The notes: generated by a model not told the origin, from the sequence alone. 64,000 bases of DNA from the human T2T-CHM13v2.0 reference genome, Homo sapiens (GCF_009914755.1 NC_060927.1), one strand, 5' to 3'; shown: positions 36,807-53,677, numbered from the stretch's first letter. Numbers and translations are program-made.

Positions 36807-37566
36807 TCATGAGGGTGAAGCTGCCAGGATGGGATTAGTGTCCTTATAAAAAGAGGAAGAGAAATTCGATTTCTCTCTGCATGCATGCACCAATGTTCGG
36901 AGGTGAGCAGGTCTGTACAAGCCTTCGCCCAAGGAAGCTGAGAAGCTGAAGAAAGAGGCTGACAAATCCAGTTTCTCAGAAACATTTAATAGGGACTTCT
37001 TAACCTCAGATCCTGGGCTTATAAACCACAGGGAATTGGTCTAAGGGCAGGATTTATGGTAAGTATGTGAAAGGCATTAGAGGCATTCCCAGAACTGGGG
37101 TTAATCAGAAGTCAACATGGGCAGATTAGCATCCAAGATGGAGTTGTTTTCAGCCTCCACAAACAGGGAAAGGCCACGTGAGGACATAACCAGGAAGAAG
37201 GCCCTCACCAGGATCATGCCAGCACCCTGATCTTAAACCTCCTGCCTCTAGGACTGTGAGAAATGTTTGTTGTTTAAGCCACACAATCTACAGTATTTCC
37301 TAAAAGCAGTCTGAATGGACTAAAACACATGAAACTTTCCTCATGTTTCACTAAGGATATGCTGGGCCATAAAATGTACTGAAATCTTGAAAACGGCACA
37401 ATGGGGTATTACAACACAACCACCAAAATTGCTAAAATTAAAACTTTCGGCTGGGTGCAGTGGCTTACACCTGTAATCCTAGCACTTTGGGAGGCCAAGG
37501 TGGGCTGATCACTTGAGCCCAGGAGGTCAGGACCAGCCTGGGCAACATAGTAAGACCCCTTCTCTA

Positions 37567-37773
<207 letters not shown>

Positions 37774-38000
37774 TTAATAAATTAAATAAATAAATAAATT
37801 CCTTGGAAATGGCCATGATCTATTCTTTTTTTTTTTTTTTTTTTTTTTTTTGAGACAGAGGCGGCTCTGTCATCCCGGCTGAAGTGCAGTGGCACAATCT
37901 CGGCTCACTGCAACCTCTGCCCACCGGGTTCAAGCGATTCTCCCTGCCTCAGCCTCCTGAGTAGCTGGGATTACAGGTGTGTGCCACCACACCCGGCTAA

Positions 38001-38171
<171 letters not shown>

Positions 38172-38579
38172 TAGCGTACAAAAATGATGTTTTGAAATAT
38201 GTATATATTGAATGGCTAAATTGAGGTAATTAGCATATGCATTACTTCACGTACTTACCTTTTTTTGTGGTGAGAACACTCAAAATCTACTTCCTTAGCA
38301 ATTTTCAAGTATACAACATATTATTATAAACTATAGTCACCATTATGATGTACAATAGATCTCTTGAACTTACTCCTCCTAAGTGAAATTTTGTGTCCTT
38401 TGACCAACATCTCCCTAATCCTGCCACCTCCTAGTCTCCGGTTACCACCATTTTATTCTGTTTCTATGAGTTTGACTTTGACACTCCACATATAAGTGAG
38501 ATGGTGCTGTATTTGTCTTTCTGCGCCTAGCTTATTTCACTTAACATAATGTTCTCCAGGTACATCCATGTCATCATAA

Positions 38580-38983
<404 letters not shown>

Positions 38984-40482
38984 TGATTGCATACTTTGGC
39001 TATTGTGATAATGCTGCAATGAACAAGGGAGAGCAGGTATCTCTTTGGGGTATGGATTTCATATCCTTTGGATATATACGCAGTGATGGGATGGCTGGAT
39101 CATATGCACATGGTAGCTCTATTTTTAATTTTTGGGGGACCCTCCTACTTTTTTCCATGACAATGATTTATATCTGGTCTAGCATGTTGTATACATGAAA
39201 TGTATACATCTGTTAAAACTCATCAAACTGAAACATGAAAGATCTGTGCATTTTACTGTATGTAATTATATATCTATTTTTTTTTCTTTTTAGAGACTGA
39301 GTCTTGCTATGTTGCCCAGGCTAGCCTCCAACTCCTGGGCTCAAGCGATCCTCCTACCTCAGCCTCCCAAAGTGCTGGGATTACAGGTGTGAGCCACTCC
39401 ACCTAGCCTATATCTCAATATTTTGAAAAAGATTTATAATCCAAGTTTTGAAGAGGATGTAGAGCAAACTGGAACCCTCATATATGGCTGGTGGGAGTAC
39501 AAATGGCACATTTATAACATGTTGGAAAGCTGTTTGGAAGTTATCTGCCTAAACTGAACACATTCACATAATAACTTAGTAATTCCACTCCTAGATACAT
39601 ACCCAGAAAAAATATGTTCCTTTTACGACGCTTTTTTTTTTTTTTAATAGAGAGGGAGTCTCGCTCTGTCACCCAGGCTGGAGTGAAGTGGCTCAAAAAA
39701 AAAAAAAAATTGATTGCTTGTTCAGTGGGTGGGGAGAAACTCCCATACATTTGGTCACAGAAATCTTGTGTTGATTGTTCTGGTGTGAGAGAATAGAAGA
39801 AGCACTCTGAGTTTTTTTTTCCACTTTTTTCGGGGGCAGGGATGGAGTCTCTCTCTCTGTTGCCCAGGCTAGAGTACAGTGACACAATATCAGCTCACTG
39901 CAACCTCCGCCTCCTGGGTTCAAGCCATTCTCATGCCTCACCCTCCCAAGTGGCTAAGACTACAGGTGCATGCCACCACGCCTGGCTAATTTTTGTATTT
40001 TTTAGTAGAGACAGGGTTTCACTGTGTTGGCCAGCCTGATCTCGAACTCCAGACCTCGTGATCTGCCCACCTCAGCCTTCCAAAGTGTTGGGATTACAGG
40101 CGTGAGCCACCACACCCAAACAGTTTTCCACATTTATGTATCAATAAACAATTAGAAAATAAAAATTGTGGCCGGGTGCAGTGGCTCACACCTGTAATCC
40201 CAGAACTTTGGGAGGCCAAGGAGGGCAGATCACTTGAGGTCAGGAGTTCAAGAGCAGACTAACCAACATGGTAAAACCCCATCTCAACTAAAAATACAAA
40301 AATTAGGCCGGGCGCAGTGGCTCAAGCCTGTAATCCCAGCACTTTGGGAGGCCGAGGCAGGCGGATCACAAGGTCAGGCGTTCGAGACCAGCCTGGCCAA
40401 CATGGTGAAACCCCATCTCTGCTAAAAAAAAAAAATGCAAAGATTAGCTGGGCATGGAGGCGTTCCCCTGTAATCCCAGCTA

Positions 40483-40680
<198 letters not shown>

Positions 40681-40706
40681 TCAGGAGATCGAGACCATCC
40701 TGGCTA

Positions 40707-41060
<354 letters not shown>

Positions 41061-41235
41061 CTACACTATTTATAATACCATAAAAAAAAACAAAGGAAAA
41101 AATGAAACATATATAAGACTTTGAAATAGAAAAAATATTATATAATAGAAAATTGAGAGAGAAGGAAAGAAAACTAAATACAAGAGCAGAAATACCATGT
41201 TAATGCATTGGAAAACTCAATATAGTAAAATGTCA

Positions 41236-41636
<401 letters not shown>

Positions 41637-43778
41637 TCACTGCAACCTCCGCCTCCTGGGTTCAAGCAATTCTCTGCCTCAGGCTCCTGAGTAGCTGGGA
41701 TTACAGGCACCCACCACCATGCCCAGCTAATTTTTGTATTTTTAGTAGAGATGGGGTTTCCCCATCTTGGCCAGGCAGGTCTTGATCTCCTGACCTCGTG
41801 ACCCACCCGCCTCAGCCTCCCAAAGTGCTGGGATTACAGGTGTGAGCCACCGCACCCGGCCAGAAAAAAACAATCTTAAAAAGCAATCGGAGGGTTAAAA
41901 AAAAAGAGGGATTTCAGCTAGGTGCACCTGTAATCTCAGCACTTTGGGAGGTCGAGGTGGGAGGATCACTTGAGCCCAGGAGTTTAAGACAAGCCTGGGC
42001 AACATAGGGAGACCCTGTCTCTACAAAAAGTAAACAAAATTAGCCAGGCATGGTGGCAGGCACCTGTAATCCCAGCTACTTGGAAAGCTGAGGTAGGAGG
42101 ATATGCTTCAGCCCAGGAGGCTGAGAGTGACATGAGCCAGTGACTGCACCACTGCACTCCAGCCTGGGCAACAGAGTGAGACTGTCTCAAAAAAAAAAAA
42201 GAAGAGAGAGAGAGAGATTTCTTTCAATGAGAGACACTGGCTGTTGAGTTGATGTCTCAACAGAAACAATGGAAGCCGGGAGACAGTAGAATGGAAGCTT
42301 CAATATGCTAAGAAAAAATAACCATCAACCTAAGCTCTATACTCACATAAAATAGTGTTTTAGAGAGTAATATAATTTACCATATTAACAGAATAAAAAT
42401 TTTAAAATCATACAGTCATCTCTACAAATGCACAAAAAGCATTTGACATAATTCAACATCCATCCATAATTAAAACTCTAGGTGTACTAGAAATGCAGAG
42501 AACTTCCTCAACCTGATAAAGGACACCTATGAAAAAGCCACAGCTGACATCCTTCCTACTAGTGAAAAACTGAATGTCTTCCCCCTAAACTCGGAAACAA
42601 GACACAGATGTCTGCTTTCTCCACTTCTACTCAACATTGTAACTGAGGGCCTAGCCAACACAATAAGGCAAGAAAAAGAAATAAGACATTCAGAATAGGA
42701 AAGAAGGCTGGGGGCAGTGGCTCATGCCTGTAATTCTAGCACTTTGGGAGTCCGAGGCAGACAGATTGCCTGAGCTCAGTAGTTCGAGACCAACCTGGGC
42801 AACACAGTGAAACCCTGTCTCTACTAAAATACAAAAAATTAGCCAGGCGTGGCAGCATGCACTTGTGGTCCCAGCTACATGGGAAGCTGAGGCAGGATAA
42901 TTGCTTGAACCTGGCAGGTGGAGGTTGCCGTGAGATGAGATCACGCGCCACTGCACTCCAGCCTGGGAGACACAGACTGTCTCCAGAAAGAAAAAAAAAA
43001 AAAAAAAAAAGACAGAATGGAAAAGAAGAAGTAACAGTCGAAGAAAAATATGGCGTAAAAACAAATCGAAACAATACAGGAAGTAAAAAAAGGATAATGC
43101 ATACGGGCGCGGTGGCTCACGCCTGTAATCCCAGCACTTTGGGAGGCCGAGGCAGGAGGATCACCTGAGGTCGGGAGTTCAAGACCAGCCTGGCCAACAC
43201 GGTGAAACCCTGTCTCTACTAAAAAATACAAAATTAGCCGGGCGTGGTGGCACATGCCTGTAATCCCAGCTACTCAGGAGGCTGAGGCAGGAGAATTGTT
43301 TGAACTCAGGAGGTGGAGGTTGTGGTGAGCCAAGAACACACCATTGCACTCCAGCCTGGGCAACAAGAACGAAACTCCATCTCAAAAAAAAAAAAAAAAA
43401 AGATAATGCAGGAGAGACAAATAGCACAAAAGATGCAAATATAACCCCAGAATATCAATAACTACATTAAATTAATTAATTAATTTATTTTTGAGTCGAG
43501 GTCTCACTCTGTTGCCCAGGCTGGAGTGCAGTGGCACCAATAACGACTTACTGCAGTCTCAACCTGCTAGGTTCAAGTGATCCTCCTACCTCAGCTTCCC
43601 AAAGTACTGGGCTTACAGGCATGAGCCACAGCAACCCCCGGCCCTCTACATTAAATTTAAATGGAATAAATGCTCCTGCTTTTAAAAAAAGAAATACCAT
43701 CAGGCGCGGTGGCTCATGCCTGTTATCCCAGCACTTTGGCAGGCCAAGATGGGCAGATCACCTGAGGTCAGGAGTTCA

Positions 43779-44424
<646 letters not shown>

Positions 44425-44668
44425 TGAACTCCCGACCTCAGGTGATCTGCCTGCCTGGACCTCCCAAAGTGCTGGCATTACAGGCATGAGCCACCGCGCC
44501 CGGTTTTTAAATGTTTTTAAAGACATTTGTAAAATATAAAAATGCCAGGCTGGGTGCTATGGCTCACGCCTGTAATCCCAGCACTTTGGGAGGTCGAGGC
44601 AGGCAGATCACCTGAGGTCGGGAGTTCAAGACCAGCCTGGCCAACATGGAGAAACCCCGTCTCTACTA

Positions 44669-44827
<159 letters not shown>

Positions 44828-46101
44828 TCAAAAAAAAAAAAAAAAAAAAAGCCAAAAGGTGAAGTGAAAGGGTGAAAGGGTAGAAGAAGACCTGTCAGGA
44901 ACCCTCAGGCAGGACTGACAGGTGTGCAGCCCTGTGCACCACTCCCAAGAGCACCTGGAAGTCCTTAGTGGATAACTGTGTGCATCTATGACATGGCAAC
45001 TCCACAACCAGATGTGTTTCCAAGAGAATTCTTACACAGCTCCATAAAAGGAGGTATACCAGATGCCCACTGAAGCTATCTATCATGACAACCATTGTGG
45101 ATTCACACCATTCAGAGGGACACAGCAGTAGTGGGCAAGGGCCAGATGTGCCACAGCAATGTGGCTAGGTCTTACACTACACCGACTTTGCAAGAACTCA
45201 AATAATGAAAAGGATGTACCTTATACATAGCAGACCATAGCAGACGGTTGCCTGTGGGGTGGGAAAGGAATGAAATGGTCCTGACATATTAAAGTAAATA
45301 TATAGGCCAGGCATGGTGGTGCACACCTATAGTTCCAGCTACTCAGGAGGCTGAGGGAGGAGGATGGCTTGAGCCCAGGAGTATGAGACCAGCCTGGGCA
45401 ACATGGTGAGACTCCATCTCACAAAAATAAATATGTAAGATAGCGGGGGTTGGTCTTGCCCAGACCCAGGATGATCACCTGCCATGAGCAGAGGAGTATG
45501 ACCATCTCAACCCTCTACACCGAGGCCAAACACAAAGGAAATACAGAATACGGCAAAGAGCCACACACAGGGGCCTGGAACCTTGGTCCCAGCCATGAAA
45601 CAGTCTACACCCAACATGCAGGTAAATTCATAGGCTGCGCTGGGAGGACACAGATAGAGCTCACACTGGGGCACATGCTTACGCACTGCACCCTACAGGC
45701 TCCACAAGCGGGTTCTGAACAAAGGATACCCCTCAGGGGCATGCGCATACTGTGGGGTATAGTCAAGCCCAAGTACCCACCCTGAGGACATCTTGGCACA
45801 GGTACACACCCGGGGTGAGTCACAGGACCAGCTGAGGCCAAGGACCTCTAAGAAACCTGCTCAGCCCAAGGCTCAGCAAGCTGGAGCCCTCAGGGTAGGG
45901 AGGAGATGGACAGGGGACTAACTGAGCAGGTCTAGGGGGTCCAGCCCAGAACAGGGGATCCCTAAACCCTCTGCTCCAATGCTCTGGCCACCATCTTGAG
46001 AGGGCTGAGAGGCCAGAGGGGCAGAGCTATCTCTCTTCCACATACTCTCCTGTGGGGCACAGGCTCAAGCCACCCACCCTGTGACCCACTGGTGCACCCA
46101 C

Positions 46102-46258
46102 CTGGCCTCAGGCACAGCACACCTTTCCTCGCTCCACACAAATTTCTTCAGCACGTCAGAGCAGCAGTATTGGTCATCACAGGTACCACAGCAGAAATCT
46201 GGACAGGACTCGGGGAAGAGGCTGAGTCCACGGGAAGCCATACACACCTCACCACGTG
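46102..46258 (-). CDS. SHISA5: SHISA5 exon 2, cysteine-rich luminal Shisa domain (ARGEVCMASRG...CPDFCCGTCDDQYCCSD...)
   Basis: ctccag acceptor, CAG|gtgggt donor; 157 nt; Shisa Cys pattern. Confidence 0.97.
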
Positions 46259-46574
46259 CTGGAGAGGAGAAACACATCTGTTCACCTGTGCCCACGGGCC
46301 AGGCCCCAGCAGACACAGCGCCCTCCCTGGCACAGCCACCAGACCACACACACACACACATGCTGCACCGTCTCTGAGCCACCCTAGCCACAGGCCACCT
46401 TCTGACCCCTGGCCACTGCTCCCCCTCAGCCTTGCCCTATCCCACGGGCCACAACAGAGCTGCCCTAACTGGGCTCCCTCTCTCCCTCACCAGTGCACTG
46501 GCCTCCTGATAGGAGGGTGAACTTTCTCAATGTGAGTCTGATGGGGCCACACCCTGCTCTCAAACCTCCCCTAA

Positions 46575-47107
<533 letters not shown>

Positions 47108-48799
47108 TGAGCCACCGCACCCCAGCCAGACTGTCTAGTTCTTAATCCTCGTTCACTCTCTCCCTCACTCAACCACAGCAACCTCAGCCCCTGCTGGGCA
47201 CCACAACTGCAGGGGCCTGGCTCTCACAGACCACCCCATAACCATGATGGCAGGCTAGATCCTGGTCAGAAATTGTCACACCCACCATACCAGCGTTCAT
47301 AAAGCACTTAGCCCCGCGCTGGGCCTGCAGCAGGTGTCCAGGAAATGTCTGTGCCTTCCAGGAGTTTGAGACCAGCCTGGGCAACAGGGCTCCAAGGCAG
47401 TGGCACCATCTGTAGCCCTGGAGCCATCACAAGACTCTCAGCACAGAGTTGGGATCTACTGACATCCTTACAAGTCTCAATAAACGAGGTCATGCTGAGG
47501 GGATCTGGCTGACAACAAATGTGGAAAATAACCCAGGTTTTTGGATGACCACAAGGTTTACAAACCTCCAGGAAGATGCTACAGTCAAATGTTCCCATGT
47601 ATCCTCAGGCTACATTAGCAGAGACCTGTGCCCACTAACAGGAAGGAACAGTACCGGATTCTGCCAGGGCAGACTCCAAAGAGAATACCTAGTCCAGCAA
47701 GGCCCACAAGTCCGCAGTAGGCAGGGGACAGGTCTGATGATAGCCCTGAGGCATAACTACATCGGCCTGGAAACAGTCTGCCATAGCACGTGGCCTCTGG
47801 AGACCCAGCCAGGCCAGGCACCTGGCCATGTGCAGCATCTGGTGCCCGGGCCTGATCAGGACACCACACACCCCGAGGCTGTCAGTAGAGTGAAGCCCAG
47901 AGACAGAGACACCAAGTGACCTCCTTGGGAAGAGGGAACTTTAGTGGGGAGTTGGGGGGAACTGCACTTCTTGGCAGCTCCAGGCAGAACCCTGCTCTGG
48001 GCAAAGCCATGGAGCAGAGGATTGGACCATTGACAAGCCCAGTTTGGCCAGCTGCCCACCTGAAAGCTGGTATCATCAGCATGGCCCGTGCCTGGTGGCT
48101 CAGGTGAACCCATATGCAGCAAGGTCTTCACAGCCCAATCTGAGCCTCTGAGCTAGGGCTGAAGACACACCGGTGAGGCTGTTTAGGCTGAGTCCATGGC
48201 ACAAATGCTCTCTGACCCCCAGACCTCACTGAATCAGTGACCGACCCTCCTACAGGCTCACTCCAGGAGTGGGCGGATTCTGGGCACAAGTCTCCCCTTT
48301 CTCATTTCTCTAGCCCAGGTCCTCTGGATTCATCCCAGCCCCCAGGAAATACAGCCTTCCCCTCCACGAAGCCACCCACCCCAAAAGGGTCTTTGGCTTC
48401 CCATGGGTGGGCAGGGGATTGTTCCAATTCCTAACCCTTTAAAGGACCCGCCCCCAGCCAGCCTTCCAGACTCTGTGAATCACCTATCTGCAACCAACAC
48501 ACACAGTGGTGTCTCCACCCCAGAGGCCAGCCTCAGCGCCGGGCTCTACAGGAACACAAGGGCCAACGGAGGCAGCGGTGGGGGCTCCCAGACATTAAAC
48601 AGAGGCAAAGAGGGAAGGCCTCTGATGGAGGGGCCAGCTCGCCCTGCAGCCACCCGCCAGACTAAAGCCAGGCAGGGAACCCTACCCTAGCCTCTGGGGA
48701 CTCCATCCCCTGGAACATGGGCGGGAGGGCAGACCCCTCCCCACCGTTCCAGGACAGACAAAGGTGGCAGCTGCCTGGTGTCTAGGCAGGGTTGTTCAG

Positions 48800-49600
48800 G
48801 CAAGGAGGGTGCTGGGGTGGAGGAGGGGTCCGCAGTCGTGGGGGTTCGCTGACGGCCTCGGGGCAATCAGGGGTCAGTGGGGGGCATAGTGGGGCTGGTG
48901 CTGCCCGGCTCGTTGGAGAGGCAGCGCGGGGAAGTGTCTGCCCGGTCCCAGGGCAGGACGGGCCGCCCCCACCCCCGGCTCACCACCCGGAGGCGGCGTT
49001 AGCAGCAGCAGCAACAGCAACGGCAACAGGATCCGCGGCGCGGGGACCGGCGCAGTCATGGCTGGGCGGGCGGACGGGCGGACGGACGCGAGCGCCGGGC
49101 GCAGTGCCGCCACAGCCTCAGTGATCCGCGCGGCCGCCCCTCTCCCTCGCCCCGCCCCGCCCCGGCCCGGCTGGTTCCCGGAACCTCTGTCCGGGGGAGC
49201 AGGAGGAGGAGGAGGGAGGAGGAGGGAGGAGGGAGGAGGGAGGAAGGTGGAAGGAGGAGGAAGGAAGGAAGCGGACGACTTCCCAGCCTCGGGGCCAGCT
49301 TCGCGCCCGGGGTCTGCGCGAAAACTTGGTACCGGTTCCCAGACTCGGACAGGCGCCGGGCGACGCACGGAGTTTCCTTCTGCTCACCGGATGCATGGGG
49401 GGCGGCGGCGGCCCCCAGCTCTCAGGCCTGGAGGGCGTCCCCGGGAATATGCACCCTGACACTGAGCGCCTACTGTGTGGGCTGGGGGACAGCCACAGCC
49501 ATCCCTCCCAGCCGCAGTCCCGGCGGATCCTCACTTGCCCGAGGGCTACGTGAGGACTAGGTGAGGCGGTGCGAGGACAGTGCCCAGCGCAGACCTTGGC
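48800..49600 (-). promoter_or_regulatory. SHISA5: SHISA5 main CpG-island promoter with tandem GC boxes (49149-49165), GAS TTCCCGGAA (49175-49183) and GGA purine tract (49195-49270)
   Basis: High CpG/GC density around exon 1; motifs read directly. Confidence 0.88.
48984..49059 (-). CDS. SHISA5: SHISA5 exon 1 coding part, signal peptide MTAPVPAPRILLPLLLLLLLTPPPG
   Basis: gccATGA start; GTG|gtgagc donor; 76 nt. Confidence 0.97.
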
Positions 49601-50928
49601 ACTCAGTAGACACTCCACAAATGCCGGTTCCCTTCTACAGGCCCAGTCGCCAGCTCAGAGGACACTCGATCTCCTGCCCCCTGGGACTGACACCATCATC
49701 CCAAGGTGATCCCCAGCCCCAGCCCTGGCAGGCTCAGCGCTGGCGCAGTGGGCCAGGACTGAGCTAGAAACTGGCAGCTCCCAGGGCACACAGCCAGGCC
49801 AACTTCCCACACAGGGCTCCGCCCCCTCACTTCGGGGCAGGGGTCCAGGCAGAATCAGGGATGTTGAGTCATTCTTCCTTTTATGCCCAGAGTTCCTGAC
49901 CCACCCCCACTCTGCACCTAGCACAATCAGAACATTTCACTCAAGACAGAAAACGTGAAATGTCACACTAGTGGGGCACCCAGGCTGGGTTGTGCACCCT
50001 GTGTGCCACCATATATTTCTCACCTAAAGGTGGGGGCATCGCTGTGGACAAAGAGAAACCCAAGGGGACAATCTGGGATGTTCCCAGTAGTTTCCCAGGC
50101 TAGGGTGTTAGAACAGGGAGAGGAAGGCCTGGGTCTCCAATAAGCCCCCATCACCTCCTGGCCAAGAAGGGCTTAAGACTCACCGTGCTCAATACACATG
50201 TGGGGGGCAGGGATATGACAGTTCCCAGGCAGGATGCCCTCTGGGAGGGTCTTAGTGAGGGACTGGAGTCACATCCTCCCTGACAGCCCAGCCTGGTTAT
50301 CCCACCTCTGCCTCCTGAGCGCCACTCTCCAAAGCTGGGTGCAGCCTAGGTCCCCCTTCTGCAGAATGGCCAGTGTATGCTCCTCATGTCCAGCTCTAGA
50401 GCCATCCTGTGTTCCACACCCTGGGTGCCCAGCCCTCTGCCTCCCTAAAGGTTGCTCATTCCACTCTGCACCATCCACAAGCTTGGTTTCTTGTTCCTTG
50501 GTTTTCCAGTCCCTGCCCCCCAGCCAAGCTCCTAAGAGTTGTTCTAAGCCTGGGCAACATAAGGAGACCCCATATCTACAGAAAATTTTAAAATTAGCTG
50601 GGTATGGTAGCAAGCACCTGTGGTCTCAGCTACTTGGGAGGCTGAGGTGGGAGGATCATTTGAGCCCAGGAGATGAAGGTTGCAGTTATGATTGTGCCAC
50701 TGCACTCCAGTCTGGGCAACAGAGCAAGACCCTGTCTCAAAAATAGAAAAACAAGGCCTGGTGCAGTGGCTCACACCTGTAATCCCAGCACTTTGGGAGG
50801 CAGAGGCAGGCAGATCACCTGAGGTTGGGAGTTTGAGACCAGCCTGACCAACATCTCCATGTTGGATAGACATGGACCAACATCTCCATGTTCAGTAGAG
50901 CCCCGTCTCTACTAAAAATACAAAATTA

Positions 50929-51168
<240 letters not shown>

Positions 51169-51398
51169 TTAGGGGCCTCTCACCTGGCCTCTTCCTCCCT
51201 ACTTTTTTGGTCTTTGGCTCTCCCATACCCTCTTATCTGCCCACAGCTCATGGTTGAGCTTGGTGGGTGTTTTGGGCTCCACCCAGGGCTGTGCATGGGC
51301 AGGAGTGAGTGGAGGCTAGGATCACCCCAGTGGCTTGGAAATCGCAACCATGCATCTCACAGGCATGTGCCCATGTGTGCAGGCATTTTCTGTGGGTC

Positions 51399-51835
51399 TA
51401 AGGGAGGAGACCACCCCTCATATTGTCTTATGCCCCATTTCTGCCTCCAAAGAAAGAAAAAGTAAAAACTAAAAGGCAGAAATGAAATCCACAAGCAGAC
51501 AGCCCGGCGCCACACCCTGGGTCTGGTAGTTAAAGATCGACCCCTGACCTAATCAGTTATGTTATCTATAGATTACAGACATTGTATAGAAAAGCACTGT
51601 GAAAATCCCTATCCTGTTTTGTTCTGACCTAATTACTGGTGCATGCAGCCCCCAGTCACGTACCCCCTGCTTGCTCAATCGATCACGACCCTCTCACGAG
51701 CACCCTCTTAAAAGGGACAGGAATTGCTCACTCGGGGGACTCTGCTCTTGAGACAGGAGTCTTGCCGATGCCCCCGGCCAAATAAACCCCTTCCTTCTTT
51801 AACTCGGTGTCTGAGGAGTTTTGTCTCTGCAGCTC
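51399..51835 (+). mobile_element. Solo LTR2-family (HERV-E) LTR, slightly 3'-truncated
   Basis: taagggaggagaccacccctcatattgtcttatgcc start; aataaaccccttccttctttaactcggtgtctgagg end region. Confidence 0.88.
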
Positions 51836-51900
51836 AGGCTTGCAAAGCCTGGAAATACAAGTTGCCTGGGGAAAGTGACCCCTCCAAGGCAGAAACCAAA

Positions 51901-51960
51901 CTTGGCCCAGATGCTGTACCAAGGCTAGGACTTGGCCCAGATGCTGTACCAAAGCTAGGT
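51901..51960. repeat. 30-bp tandem duplication
   Basis: cttggcccagatgctgtaccaa(g/a)gctagg(a/t) x2. Confidence 0.92.
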
Positions 51961-53436
51961 GGCTCCCCAAACCTTCCTACAGCTCTGTAAACAGCAATTT
52001 TTTTTTTTTTTTTTGAGACAAGGTCTCACTGTCACCCAGGCTGGAGTGCAGTCACGGCTCACTGCGGCCCCAATTTCCCCAGGAAACTGGGGTGATCCTC
52101 CCACCTCAACCTTTGGAGTAACTGGGACCACAGATGCACACCACCACGCCCAGCTAATTTTTGTATTTTTTGTAGAAGTAGGGTTTTTGCCATGTTTCCC
52201 AGGCTGGTCTCGAACTCCTGGGCTCAAGCAATCTGCCCGCCTCAGCCTCCCAAAGTGCAACAGCACTTTTATCAAACTCTCCTCAAATACCCAGTTTGTT
52301 AAGAATGACTGTGTTCTGCTGGGACCTTGGTTACAGTTTGTAGGTGAGAACTCTGCATCAGGCTGGTGGAGCAAAGCAACACCCACTGATGCTTGTAAAG
52401 CCCAGGGTGAGAGTAACCAGGTGAGAATGAGGCCATCAGCCCAGCCCCAGGACTGACTGCAGGACCAGATCGGTGAGTTCTACAGTGGAACGCTTGCTCA
52501 AGGATCCTTGCCATTCTTCTTCATTCAGCACCTGGTCCCCTTTCCTCCACATCAGAGGAGGAACACGCTAGATATTATCTTTTTCAGATTCCTTTGCCCC
52601 AGGGCAAGAGCTTTTGCCCAGCCCCAACCAATCAGATGTAGCCTCCCTGGAGTCAGTCAGGGGTACTGGCCACCAGCTTTGATGGAGGGCTGCAGCAGTC
52701 CTGGCAGAAACATGAGTCTGCACCTGTGGGGAGGGCTGTGTGAGTCACAAAGGCCCCTGCTTCCCCCTCGTGGCAGGAGCAGTGGCATGCTCACCAGGCC
52801 AAAGTAGCACTGTGGTTTGGGCTGGAGACGATACTGCTTCGACTTGGAACCTTTCTTTCCAGCCGCCTTGTTGGCTCTGAGGGCTCCACAGTTGCTTTTC
52901 ATAAATTGGGTTTCTGATTAAGTTGGGCAGAGTCAGTTTCCTCCAACTGACAGAGAAGTTCTCACCAGGGCCGGGCACCGTGGTGACTCATGCCTGTAAT
53001 ACCAGCACTTTGGGAGGCAGAGGTAGGCAGATACCTCTTGAGCGCGGAGTTTGAGACTAGCCTGGGCAACATGACAAAACCCCGTCTCTACAAAAAATAC
53101 AAAAATTAGCTGGGCATGGTGATGCGTGCCTGTATTCCCAGCTACAAGGGAGGATTGCTTGAGCCCAGGAGGCAGAGGTTACAGTGAGCTAAGATTGCAC
53201 TACTGCACTCCAGACTGGGCAACAGAGCAAGACTCTGTCTCAAAAAAAAAAAACCTAAAAAAAAAAAGAAAACATCTGGACAAGGTGGCTCAAGCCTGTA
53301 ATCCCAGCACTTTGGGAGGCCGAGGCGGGTGGATAACCTGAGGTCAGGAGTTCAAGACTAGCCTGGCCAACATGGCGAAACTCCATCTCTACTAAACATA
53401 CAAAAAAAATTAGCCAGGCGTGGTGGCGTGCACCTA

Positions 53437-53601
<165 letters not shown>

Positions 53602-53677
53602 TCACGCCTGTAATCCCAGCACTTTGGGGGGCTGAAACGGACAGATCACTTGAGGTCAGGAGTTCCAGACCAGTCTA

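Noticed and set aside
48055-48115. ATG...TTTCAG|gtgggc as an alternative SHISA5 coding first exon (MGSPEPPG...)
   Set aside because: Phase 0 donor is incompatible with exon 2; could be a non-coding exon but cannot be supported from sequence
52455-52514. MARILEQAFHCRTHRSGPA as a possible upstream first exon of SHISA5
   Set aside because: The available donor GCA|gtcagt is phase 0 while exon 2 needs phase 1; no promoter features
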